From a virus (taxonomy: Duplodnaviria > Heunggongvirae > Uroviricota > Caudoviricetes), in the IMG/VR virus record IMGVR_UViG_3300029862_000001, positions 53,276 through 117,275 of that record: a DNA stretch of 64,000 bases. One strand, written 5' to 3'. This document shows, one piece after another, positions 46,277-55,846 of the stretch (positions are counted from its first letter, which is position 1; every line of letters starts with the position of its first letter). The position numbers and the translations under genes were made by a program. The notes beneath the pieces are model-generated. The model was given only the letters and a program-made list of their open reading frames with translations. It was not told the origin of the DNA and made no database searches.

Positions 46277-49200
46277 CAACACTCCTTATTTAACTCATTT
46301 ATCGAATCCGAATTATCAGAACCTTCTACAAGATTCTTATTCCTATCTATCTCTTCCTGGCTCATATTACTAATCATATTTTGTATTTTCCTACCAGATT
46401 GAGATAAAGAACGGATGAATGCGCTGGAACTTATCTTAACTCCAAGATCCGGTTTTGCCCTAAACGCTTCACCGGTACTGATATTATACAAATCATACAC
46501 ACCTGAGTTCATATAGAATTTATATATCCAGTTTCCACCAGCTTTTTTGTACCCTAATTTGGTTAACTCGACTACACTCATACCAAATTTAATGCCATTA
46601 CGACCCATTATCTTCTCCGGTATAGGTTCTACCTTAGCCGGAACAGATGTATATGCTTCATCGCCGCCGTACAGGAAATAAGGGGTTGTCACCCTTGATA
46701 TGTGAGTAAGCGGTTCTTCGGATATACGAGGCTCGTCTTTCGCAGCCTTATATTCTTCCCTTGGATTGGATATCCTAATAAAAGGATCGTATGTCAAAAA
46801 GGTTAAGCCGTATTCTACTTTATAACCTGATACGCCGTTAAGATCCCTTATAGCCTTAGTCGTATGCGAGTGATTGATGGTGTCTATACCATACCTTGAT
46901 TCCATATCGGTCATAATACTATTAACCTCATCTCCCTCTACATAAACCTCTTCTCCTTCCGGGATAGAGGTTATGCCGGCAGCCCTTCTAAGTAGCCATA
47001 AAGTGACTTCAGCAATGTCAGAGAACTTATCTCCGTTCTTCCTATAGTTATCTACTCTTCCTTCTTCATATCCAGGTAATTCGACATTTCCTTTAACTTC
47101 GACATTTGTTCTGGATTGTCCTTTGCCTTCTCCATCTCCCTTTTTATCGCCATCTTCCTCAGTGCGTACTGCACCGCCTTCTGCACTTCCTTCTTTTCCA
47201 TCATTTAAAATATTATCTGATTCTGACTCTATAGACTCCACGACAGCATCATACTCTGGTATGCCGCTAAGGAAATCTGCTACGTTATTCAAAAACTCTA
47301 TTTTTTCCTCGTTTGTCATATCAAGGCTTTCCACGGGCTCCCATATGGCAGGCAAGTTGTTTGATTTTATTGCAGTAGAAACATCTTCTACAGTTTTATT
47401 ATCCACCGTAGGCAAAACTTTAGAAACCAAACTATTGATATCAGATTCCATTTTTTCTACTTCCTCTTTTGTGCCATATTCTTTTAGGGTATCCATGCCA
47501 TTGACTCTAAGAGAATAATTCAAAGCCTTACTTGGAACAAAATTAATATATTTCAAAAAGTTTTTCAACTCTGATATAATTTGTTCGTTGTTGCCATTTC
47601 TACTATTTAAATAATCTACAACTACTTGCTCTTTGCTTTTCTTTAGGTAATCAACGTATTCATCCATAGTCAAACCCTTACTGTAAGATATTCTATCACC
47701 TACAGTACCCTTAGGGTCTAACCCCATTTCAGACTTAAGATCTTTAGGATTACCTCTTTGTCTTAAAAATCTAATATCTCCACCTACAATCTTTCTTGCT
47801 ATAAAATCATAGATATTAGCAAAAGGGGGTAAGTTGTTTTCCTTTATATAAGATTCTATATCCTCTAACCTTGCAGCAAAAGACTTCCTTGTAGTCCTGG
47901 TTGTTCCAGTAGAAGAAACTGACGAGCCGCTCGTGGCTGTAGGCTGCTGTACTGGGGCAGTCTTGCCGGCAGCCGGCTGCTGTTCTTCCTCTGGCATTTC
48001 CTCTTCATAAACATCCACGTATTCTTTAGAAGTAACGGTCTTACCCTCATCAGAGAAAGGAAGATCATCCTCTATAAGCGACTTAGGGCTGGAAGATGAT
48101 TTACCAAACTGAATCCTGATCTTAGGAGCAACAAACATCTCACCTTCGAAATCTATTCCAGATTCTACTTCAGACGTCACAATGTCTTTAACGCTCCTAC
48201 TTCCATCTTCTACCCACTTAACAACATCAGGAACCGTAGATAATTTTTCTATAGCCTCACGAGCTTTTCTAAGCCCTGAAATAGGATTCAAATACGATAC
48301 TTGATACGAAGCCGGATCAAGACCTAACTTGGTTAGATACGCATTAAGATCTTGTATATCATCTTGACCCATCTGTAGCAATTCAGAATCACCAGATTCA
48401 AGTAGCATATCTATAAAAGACATCCATTTCTGCCCTTCCTCTGATTCTACAGAACGTAGACTAACTGGGAAAAGATAATTAAGACCGTTTTTACCTTTGA
48501 TGACAACTACCGGAACTCTTACATTTTTGTAATTATTCCCCTTGTCATTTAATATAGAATAAGCAAATGGGAAGCCTGTGTATTTAGATCCGTTCTTAAG
48601 CACGACTTTGCCATTTAATACATATCCGACATCAGATACTTTTTCAGCACCTTTTTCGGTAATGGGGAGATTTTCTACCTGGCCATATCCTTGACCGTTT
48701 ACCTTCATGTTAAACACCGGTCTTCCGGGAAGAGTCTGGGCAACAACATGCGTGCCGACGCTGATGGTAGCCGACCGACCAGCATCTTTCTTCCACTTGT
48801 TAAAAGCCGTTCTTCTTATTTTACTTATACCATCTATGCCCCCTGTGTCAGCTTTTACAACAGAAACGAATCTGTTCCCACTCATGACCTTGATAACCAT
48901 ATTGGACACCAGTTTATTCTCAGCAGATTCTATTCTTTTTTTATCGCCGGACTGAACAGCATCATTGTATTCGGCAAAAAGAGACTGATTATAGGTATCA
49001 TTTACATCTATTTCGAGATTAACCTTATCTCCTTTTTTCAAAGAAGATAATGCTTCCTGATCTATTTTATCTACTTCATTCTCTCCGAATCCGACACCCG
49101 TTCTGTACGGAACCAACTCATCTGAATCAAGACGCTTATAAACCAAAGAATAGGAATTACCCACGTCCTGAATAGACACATCTGTATAACGGTTAAGAAC

Positions 49201-52200
49201 ACGAGCCGATTCTTTATCTATAGACCATCTCGCATGATAAGGAAGTTCAATTATAGTAGCCGTTTCTCCACCTATGTTAAGAGAATACCTTTTAGTGCCA
49301 TTAGCGTTCGTTTCAGAGCTTATTTGAATAGGAACCAATGATTTTATGGAAGATATAAATTTATCGGCTCTAAGACCCGCAATTTCATACCTTTCATTGC
49401 CATCATTAGAGATTCTTCTAACCATCAACGTCTCTGGATTCTGGGCGCTATCTATATTGGCTCCCGGCGTATTATCAGATTCGTCTAATTCATTTACAAG
49501 AGAATCTATATTAGCATCATCCTCCCCGAAATTACTTAACGTAGATTCAGAGATACGACCTTTATCAATCCTGTTTTGCTCGATATAAGGAAGGAGGTCC
49601 GTGATATTTCCAACCTGGCCAAGATCTTCTATGGTAAATACCGAATCTGCAAGTTTATCTTCGTCAACTTTCTCTCCTTTGTCCCGCCTGTTCATTATAT
49701 CAACATACGAAGAAATAGCATCATCAAGCTCCTTTCTTTGATCTGGCTCCAAATTAGACTTAGCCATATCAATAATAGCTTTATTTTCCTCATATACTGA
49801 TCTCGGACTTGTAAGCCTGTCAGCCTTTTCAGATAATGATTTAATGAGATTAACAGGACTATCACCTAAAGACGATACATAATCATCAAAATCTTGTTTG
49901 TATTTATCATACACATCTTTTTCTCTCGCAGTAAGAAGATCGGCATTACCTGTATATAGTTTATCAATTATAGACTGCCTTACTACCGGAACCATAATAG
50001 GATTATCCATAGCAGCCTCATAATCTTCATCCGATACAGACTCCGTAAGCGGTGACTCTTTTATATCATCTTCTGCCTCCTTCATCCTATCTTCCCTTAC
50101 TCTATCAAGAGCATGCATAAAAGCCTTGATAGTCCAAGCTTCGTCTTCCGAAATCTTACCTTCTGACACAGCTTGATCTACTACCTCATCAGTGTCATAT
50201 TCACCAACTTTATTAGGCTCTGCAAGATCAGGAACCTTGTCATCCTTCTTATAAGGAGTAGACCATAGAGAAGACAGCGCTTTTGAAAACTCCCTGTTTT
50301 CCTCAGCTAAGAATCTTTTATCAAGCATCTTAGATAAGAAGTTATTCATATTCCTATAATCCATCAAACTCCTGCGGTATTCATTTACCAAGGATCTCAT
50401 GGCTTTATCTTTGGCCGTAAACTTCTTTTCCTGTCTTGATTTTACATTGAAATAATCATCAAAAGCTACAAGCGTATCATAGGCCTCTATTACATTTTGT
50501 GAACTCATAGGAAAAAGAGGTGATGATAAAACAGATTCGGTTCTACTTACCAACTCTTCTATCGAAAACTCTTTTCCTGTTAACGTTGATAACTCAGACA
50601 ACGAATTATTGTAATTGGTTCTAAGATCTTCCAATTCTTTGGTTTTTCGTTGTATAGATTCAGCTTGTGGATCTTTTCCATCTACGTTACGAGGACGAGT
50701 AGCAAGATCTTCTATTTCGGATTCAAGTTCTTCTATCCTTGACCGTATGCCACGGGTAGCCATCGCCCGCTCCCTTGCCCTGTCCGACAGCCGGGAGAAC
50801 GTACTTAGTGCATATGCCACGCGAGGCTGACCCGAAAGCGTTTCTATGACAGAAGCTATGTCTTTCATTCTTGATTCCGATTGAAGACCAAGAAAAGCAT
50901 TACGAGCCACGTATTTTCTAAACTCAATCTTAGAATCATCACCTATAAGATCTTCGGCAAAACTCTGGGCAGATCTGAAATCCGAAAGACGATTATTATA
51001 ATTATCAATAATAGAATCCTTGTATTTCTTTGCCTCTTCCAAAGACATTCCGTTGGCTTCGGCTATTTCCGAAATAGGCATCATATCAACCATCTGCCTG
51101 AAATTTTCAGCCGAATCCTCTAAGGTTCCCATTTGGTTGTCAATAGACATCTTTTCAAACATTGCATCATCAAGCTCCTTGCCGGTCATAGACTGAGCAT
51201 CGGAACGAACTTGAGGCCCTAAACTCATTGACTTTTTCAACGTATTCAAAGCCGCCGTATTAAGATTAGAAGATGCTTTGTTATATTCATTTACTTGCCT
51301 TTCTAGCAATATCTGATTATTACTATACTCTTTCACTCCAGAGAAGCCTTCCCTCATACCAAACAAAGAACCGATAATAGCACCGATTCCTATTTCAGTC
51401 CATCCTTCTTTAGACGTATATTGTTTTTTAAATCCTTCAGAAATAGCATCAAGAACATCAACGGCCCCGTTCATAGCAACATTGTCATATCTTGACTTAA
51501 CATATTCCTCAGCCGTATTCTGGACAGCACCTTGAGACCCTTCTTCCCACAGACCCTCAGATACCGGTCTTTTCATGATATTGAAAACATTGCCTGCTAT
51601 CTTCTGTCCTATATTGGGATTGGTTATTTTAATAGCCATCTCTCCCGGCTTCGCAACTTCCGTCCCTAATCCAAATAAATGCTTGTTGAGCTTCTTTTCC
51701 AACCCAGGTATAGCCTTGCCTCCTAACCCTATATACTTACCAAAAAGAAGCCAGTTGGATAATCCTACGATACCCATATTGGCGGCAAATATAGCACTAC
51801 CTACATCAGCATTAGAATTACGAAAAACAGCCATTTCCTCTACATTGGGATCACGACCATAAATCTTACGATAATAATCCTTGAAATCAGACTCGGATTG
51901 CTTCATAAAAGAATTTGCTTCGACCGATGACTCGAATCCAGCACTGGTAGCCAACAACGTCATGGTCTTAGCCGCCTCCCCTACATTTCTTCCGGTAGCA
52001 ACTCCTTTTCTCACATAGTTGTTAAACATGCTTTTAAGGCTTCCTATGCCCCTATTAGCAGCTTGCTCTGCTGCTAACTTAGCTCCGATTCTTCCACCTA
52101 ATTTGGCACCTATATTACCCAATGATCCAACTCCAAGTCCTCCGGTCATGTACGCTGATATCATGGCTCCTACGGTAAAAGACATACCGTTACCAAGGAC

Positions 52201-52914
52201 ATCATTCCATAAGAAATTACCGGTATCCTTAAAAAGCTTCTGACCGAAATTATAATCTTCTACCTCTTTCTTGTAATAATGAGGAAGAAGCATGTCTATT
52301 TGCTGGTCAAGATCACTTACAAACTTATCCATGTTAGTATTTAACGCAGCTTTGAAACTTCCCTCAGATGCCATATTGATAAGTTTGTCAGGCAATAACA
52401 CAACTCCATGCACACCGTACAATGCGGACTTTAAAGCGAATTTACCTACACCATTCCAAAACTTACTCCATCCGCTCTGTCTTCTGGCATAATAATCCTC
52501 ATTATTTATACCCGGAATATAGTTGGGATATTTTGTACGCCATACCCCATCATTACCCATCTGATGACTTTCACGGATACTTACCTTCGGTCCATAAGGA
52601 TTAAGAGGCGGCGGGGCAGGTGTAGCCCCCCTGTAGCTGTTACGAGCCAGTGCCTCCGAGTAGCTGTTGCTTATCTCCTTGGCTATATACGGTTCTTCGT
52701 ATTCGGCAGCAGCTATCCTTGATGCGTAATCCGGAAATTTAGGTTGGGCATACACACCTTCACCAGGCATATAATTAGGAACCAGAGGCGTTGTCGTCTC
52801 TGGTAATGTAGCCGGAGTGTAATTTTCTTCTTCGGCTAATTTCCTTTGCCTTGCCACATCTTCGTAAGTGGTTTTAGCAGCAGGATTATATCTATCTATA
52901 TTATTATCAGCCAT
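46276..52914 (-). CDS. giant virion-associated protein (2212 aa), function unknown
   Basis: 6.6-kb ORF with ATG start; Gly/Ala-rich N-terminal segment and long helical regions; partly tape-measure-like composition. Confidence 0.8.
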   Translation of the reverse strand: MADNNIDRYNPAAKTTYEDVARQRKLAEEENYTPATLPETTTPLVPNYMPGEGVYAQPKFPDYASRIAAAEYEEPYIAKEISNSYSEALARNSYRGATPAPPPLNPYGPKVSIRESHQMGNDGVWRTKYPNYIPGINNEDYYARRQSGWSKFWNGVGKFALKSALYGVHGVVLLPDKLINMASEGSFKAALNTNMDKFVSDLDQQIDMLLPHYYKKEVEDYNFGQKLFKDTGNFLWNDVLGNGMSFTVGAMISAYMTGGLGVGSLGNIGAKLGGRIGAKLAAEQAANRGIGSLKSMFNNYVRKGVATGRNVGEAAKTMTLLATSAGFESSVEANSFMKQSESDFKDYYRKIYGRDPNVEEMAVFRNSNADVGSAIFAANMGIVGLSNWLLFGKYIGLGGKAIPGLEKKLNKHLFGLGTEVAKPGEMAIKITNPNIGQKIAGNVFNIMKRPVSEGLWEEGSQGAVQNTAEEYVKSRYDNVAMNGAVDVLDAISEGFKKQYTSKEGWTEIGIGAIIGSLFGMREGFSGVKEYSNNQILLERQVNEYNKASSNLNTAALNTLKKSMSLGPQVRSDAQSMTGKELDDAMFEKMSIDNQMGTLEDSAENFRQMVDMMPISEIAEANGMSLEEAKKYKDSIIDNYNNRLSDFRSAQSFAEDLIGDDSKIEFRKYVARNAFLGLQSESRMKDIASVIETLSGQPRVAYALSTFSRLSDRARERAMATRGIRSRIEELESEIEDLATRPRNVDGKDPQAESIQRKTKELEDLRTNYNNSLSELSTLTGKEFSIEELVSRTESVLSSPLFPMSSQNVIEAYDTLVAFDDYFNVKSRQEKKFTAKDKAMRSLVNEYRRSLMDYRNMNNFLSKMLDKRFLAEENREFSKALSSLWSTPYKKDDKVPDLAEPNKVGEYDTDEVVDQAVSEGKISEDEAWTIKAFMHALDRVREDRMKEAEDDIKESPLTESVSDEDYEAAMDNPIMVPVVRQSIIDKLYTGNADLLTAREKDVYDKYKQDFDDYVSSLGDSPVNLIKSLSEKADRLTSPRSVYEENKAIIDMAKSNLEPDQRKELDDAISSYVDIMNRRDKGEKVDEDKLADSVFTIEDLGQVGNITDLLPYIEQNRIDKGRISESTLSNFGEDDANIDSLVNELDESDNTPGANIDSAQNPETLMVRRISNDGNERYEIAGLRADKFISSIKSLVPIQISSETNANGTKRYSLNIGGETATIIELPYHARWSIDKESARVLNRYTDVSIQDVGNSYSLVYKRLDSDELVPYRTGVGFGENEVDKIDQEALSSLKKGDKVNLEIDVNDTYNQSLFAEYNDAVQSGDKKRIESAENKLVSNMVIKVMSGNRFVSVVKADTGGIDGISKIRRTAFNKWKKDAGRSATISVGTHVVAQTLPGRPVFNMKVNGQGYGQVENLPITEKGAEKVSDVGYVLNGKVVLKNGSKYTGFPFAYSILNDKGNNYKNVRVPVVVIKGKNGLNYLFPVSLRSVESEEGQKWMSFIDMLLESGDSELLQMGQDDIQDLNAYLTKLGLDPASYQVSYLNPISGLRKAREAIEKLSTVPDVVKWVEDGSRSVKDIVTSEVESGIDFEGEMFVAPKIRIQFGKSSSSPKSLIEDDLPFSDEGKTVTSKEYVDVYEEEMPEEEQQPAAGKTAPVQQPTATSGSSVSSTGTTRTTRKSFAARLEDIESYIKENNLPPFANIYDFIARKIVGGDIRFLRQRGNPKDLKSEMGLDPKGTVGDRISYSKGLTMDEYVDYLKKSKEQVVVDYLNSRNGNNEQIISELKNFLKYINFVPSKALNYSLRVNGMDTLKEYGTKEEVEKMESDINSLVSKVLPTVDNKTVEDVSTAIKSNNLPAIWEPVESLDMTNEEKIEFLNNVADFLSGIPEYDAVVESIESESDNILNDGKEGSAEGGAVRTEEDGDKKGDGEGKGQSRTNVEVKGNVELPGYEEGRVDNYRKNGDKFSDIAEVTLWLLRRAAGITSIPEGEEVYVEGDEVNSIMTDMESRYGIDTINHSHTTKAIRDLNGVSGYKVEYGLTFLTYDPFIRISNPREEYKAAKDEPRISEEPLTHISRVTTPYFLYGGDEAYTSVPAKVEPIPEKIMGRNGIKFGMSVVELTKLGYKKAGGNWIYKFYMNSGVYDLYNISTGEAFRAKPDLGVKISSSAFIRSLSQSGRKIQNMISNMSQEEIDRNKNLVEGSDNSDSINELNKEC

Positions 52915-55846
52915 AAATTTTTTGCAAAAAATCGTTCAACTTACTAAACTTGTCATTCATGTTGGGCATGATATTTATTCCTCTCATATACGGATCTCTC
53001 ATCTGATCAAGACGCTCTTGAATAGCCTCCTTCACGTATTTTACAAAGAAGTACTGAGGACACTTCTGGTGAATGCTATTCCAGTAATCCGCATACTCAT
53101 CATTACCAGGATCCAAAGGAACAAAATCCGAGAACAACAATGCAGGATTTTTAGAATTTTTAGTCCTTTTGTCATAGAAATTGACCGCTACCTCTCTCGA
53201 ACCCCTGTCATCCATTCCTTCCAACTGAACTGATATGTTATCAGACATGTCAATAAAATTATCAACAAAGGTTTTAACAACATTCATTTCTTCTGGCTTA
53301 AGGTAAGAACCATGAACCATTACTATATCATAAAGATCATTCTTAACATCAGCCTTAGAAGCCAAACGGGGAAGACCATTACGTATGAGATACTTATCAT
53401 AAGAATAGCCTTCCTTCTTTCCGGTATCTACAAAATCACAGGTTCCAAAACTTGATTTGTAACCATCTACTGGATAATTGCGCTCCTCAACCGAAGGATC
53501 TATACCCGCCTTAAGAAGTTCATCATTCGTGATCTCTACCCTTTTTGTAACATAAGAGTTTTCACCGGACCCTACTTGAGCAGTCAAGAATCTTCTGACA
53601 GTGCCATTATCTATCTCGGCGTCCATATTGATAGTATTAATAGCAGTAGGATCCAGATTATTTACCTTTCCTGCCATGTAACCAGACAATCTTCTAAACT
53701 GAGCCTTCTGCAAAGACTTTTCTGGTGAATCGGCATTCCAATTGTATCTTTTGTAAGAATCAAAGTAATGATACTGAGATAACTTATCAGAAATCTGATC
53801 GGGAGATACAGACATTTTTATCTCATCCTGCATCTGACCCGCTATCATGTCAGACACCCTACTATTTTTCTCAACATATCTTAACTGAGTAATAGTCAAA
53901 GGCTCCCCTTCCTGATAATCTTTTAAATCTATATCACCATCCTTATCTATGGTCATATAATCGGATATATTAAAATCAGGATCGCCATTGAGTTTCTTCA
54001 TTCCATTAATAAGAGCCAACGTGCCAGTAGAAGAACCATTATCCTCGCTTGTAACGGTATCAAATACGCCAGTTGTTATGGCCGTGGCGAGTAGGAAAGC
54101 TCCAGCCTTATCATCCGTATCGGTAAGATTTATAAAAGAATTTCCTTTCATAAACTTAGCATTACGAACTTTCCTGATAATATCCTTATTTTTTTCAGTA
54201 ACTATGTTATCGATTTGATAATCAGTTATGTTATTTATAGCCTTTGTGGCTCCGTTTGCCTTAGAATCAGAAAGAAGTAAAGCATCATAAGCTTCAGATA
54301 ATCTGTTATTTCCTTGTCCGAAATATCCGTTTTTCTGACCTCCATTGTTTTTTAAATAAGAATATATCCGCTCTTCAGGAGTCATATTAGCATACAATCC
54401 TGGATCAGTTTTTTCTTCTTCGTATGATGCTGCAACGATATTGTTTCTATCTGTAGGAGATAATGAATTATACAATTTCAATAAATTGGCTTTACGATCT
54501 GTAGAATGAGATTTAAGTAACTCATAAGGAATATCAGCCAAGTTAATAGATCCTGTCTTACCCGTTCCAGAGTTAATAGCCGTAGGCCCGTCCATAGGAG
54601 CCATCGGTACTCCCATACCGTCTGCGTCTGTCGTGCCTGCGGATGAGCTTTCAGTTCCCATCTTGGAGCCGTAAGTGCGCATGTACTCGGTTTCAATCTT
54701 AGCCTGAGCAAGTTGCTCTTTTGCCAACGATATTTCAACCATAGACTTAGCATTGTCAGTCAAAAACTTTTGCTGAGCCCTATCCTCTGCCAACCTTGCA
54801 AAATAAAGATCGTCTTTCTTCCTTTCAAAACTTGTATTGTCGTATCTCCATACATCAGTCATCTTATCGAAAAGATTATTAGTAACAACAAAATTAGCAG
54901 CCGCTACCGGATCAGACGAAGCTATTATCATATCTGCCTTCCTCTTGGCTTCTGCTTTCTGATTTTTAGCTTCCTGTATCTGGCTGTCAATACGATCAAT
55001 AATATCTTTATTATCCCCCACTGATTTCTTTTTTGCTTCCAATGCTCCTATGTGCCTATCGTATCTTTCGACATAAGACCCAATGTATTGACTAACCAAA
55101 TCCGGATTACTGAACACCGGATTGGTGGCTGCCATGTACGATGCTTCTATTCTCATCTGATTCCTCATGTTTTCAGATAAGTTAGCAGACACAAAATTCC
55201 TTATCTGGGAATCTGTAAGTTCATCTACATTAACTTCTATAATACCACCAGTAGGATTACCTTTAACATCATATTCTGTTGTCTGAATCTTCTTGCCTTC
55301 GTTATTTTTCCTAAAGTCACTAACCAGCTTATTTATCTCCTTAGTATAATCGACATAAGGAGAATAATGAAGACCTCCTAACCTTGATCCTGCTTTACCA
55401 TCTGACCTCCATTTGTAATAAGGATCCAAAGCATGCCATTCATTAATAGGAGAATAAAGTTCAGGATGATTCTGTTTTATAGATTCTATTTCCTTCATAA
55501 CCCTCTTGCCTTCTTTTGTGCCGGCAATCGCGTTAATGACCGTATCGTCCAGCACCGAGCTAATCTCTCCTTGTATGGCTCTCGTAACTCCATCAGAAGA
55601 AAGATCCACGCCTTTAAATTTTTGATTGATGTTAGCAATCACACCTGACATCTTATCCTCCATATAAGCTCGGGCTTCAGGCTTATCTATCTCTTGACCC
55701 ATAAGATAATCTACCTGGGTATAGATCTTTTCACGAGCAGCATCAACCTTCTGCTGTTTGTACATCATGACGTCCTTAACAAGATCTATGTTGTAAGGAC
55801 TAACATACGGGGCATATTGCCTTAAAATACTATACTGTGAAGCCAC
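52907..55846 (-). CDS. large structural protein (979 aa)
   Basis: GTG start at 55846 with strong SD aaggaggaccaaataGTG; overlaps the next gene by 8 nt. Confidence 0.7.
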   Translation of the reverse strand: MASQYSILRQYAPYVSPYNIDLVKDVMMYKQQKVDAAREKIYTQVDYLMGQEIDKPEARAYMEDKMSGVIANINQKFKGVDLSSDGVTRAIQGEISSVLDDTVINAIAGTKEGKRVMKEIESIKQNHPELYSPINEWHALDPYYKWRSDGKAGSRLGGLHYSPYVDYTKEINKLVSDFRKNNEGKKIQTTEYDVKGNPTGGIIEVNVDELTDSQIRNFVSANLSENMRNQMRIEASYMAATNPVFSNPDLVSQYIGSYVERYDRHIGALEAKKKSVGDNKDIIDRIDSQIQEAKNQKAEAKRKADMIIASSDPVAAANFVVTNNLFDKMTDVWRYDNTSFERKKDDLYFARLAEDRAQQKFLTDNAKSMVEISLAKEQLAQAKIETEYMRTYGSKMGTESSSAGTTDADGMGVPMAPMDGPTAINSGTGKTGSINLADIPYELLKSHSTDRKANLLKLYNSLSPTDRNNIVAASYEEEKTDPGLYANMTPEERIYSYLKNNGGQKNGYFGQGNNRLSEAYDALLLSDSKANGATKAINNITDYQIDNIVTEKNKDIIRKVRNAKFMKGNSFINLTDTDDKAGAFLLATAITTGVFDTVTSEDNGSSTGTLALINGMKKLNGDPDFNISDYMTIDKDGDIDLKDYQEGEPLTITQLRYVEKNSRVSDMIAGQMQDEIKMSVSPDQISDKLSQYHYFDSYKRYNWNADSPEKSLQKAQFRRLSGYMAGKVNNLDPTAINTINMDAEIDNGTVRRFLTAQVGSGENSYVTKRVEITNDELLKAGIDPSVEERNYPVDGYKSSFGTCDFVDTGKKEGYSYDKYLIRNGLPRLASKADVKNDLYDIVMVHGSYLKPEEMNVVKTFVDNFIDMSDNISVQLEGMDDRGSREVAVNFYDKRTKNSKNPALLFSDFVPLDPGNDEYADYWNSIHQKCPQYFFVKYVKEAIQERLDQMRDPYMRGINIMPNMNDKFSKLNDFLQKIYG

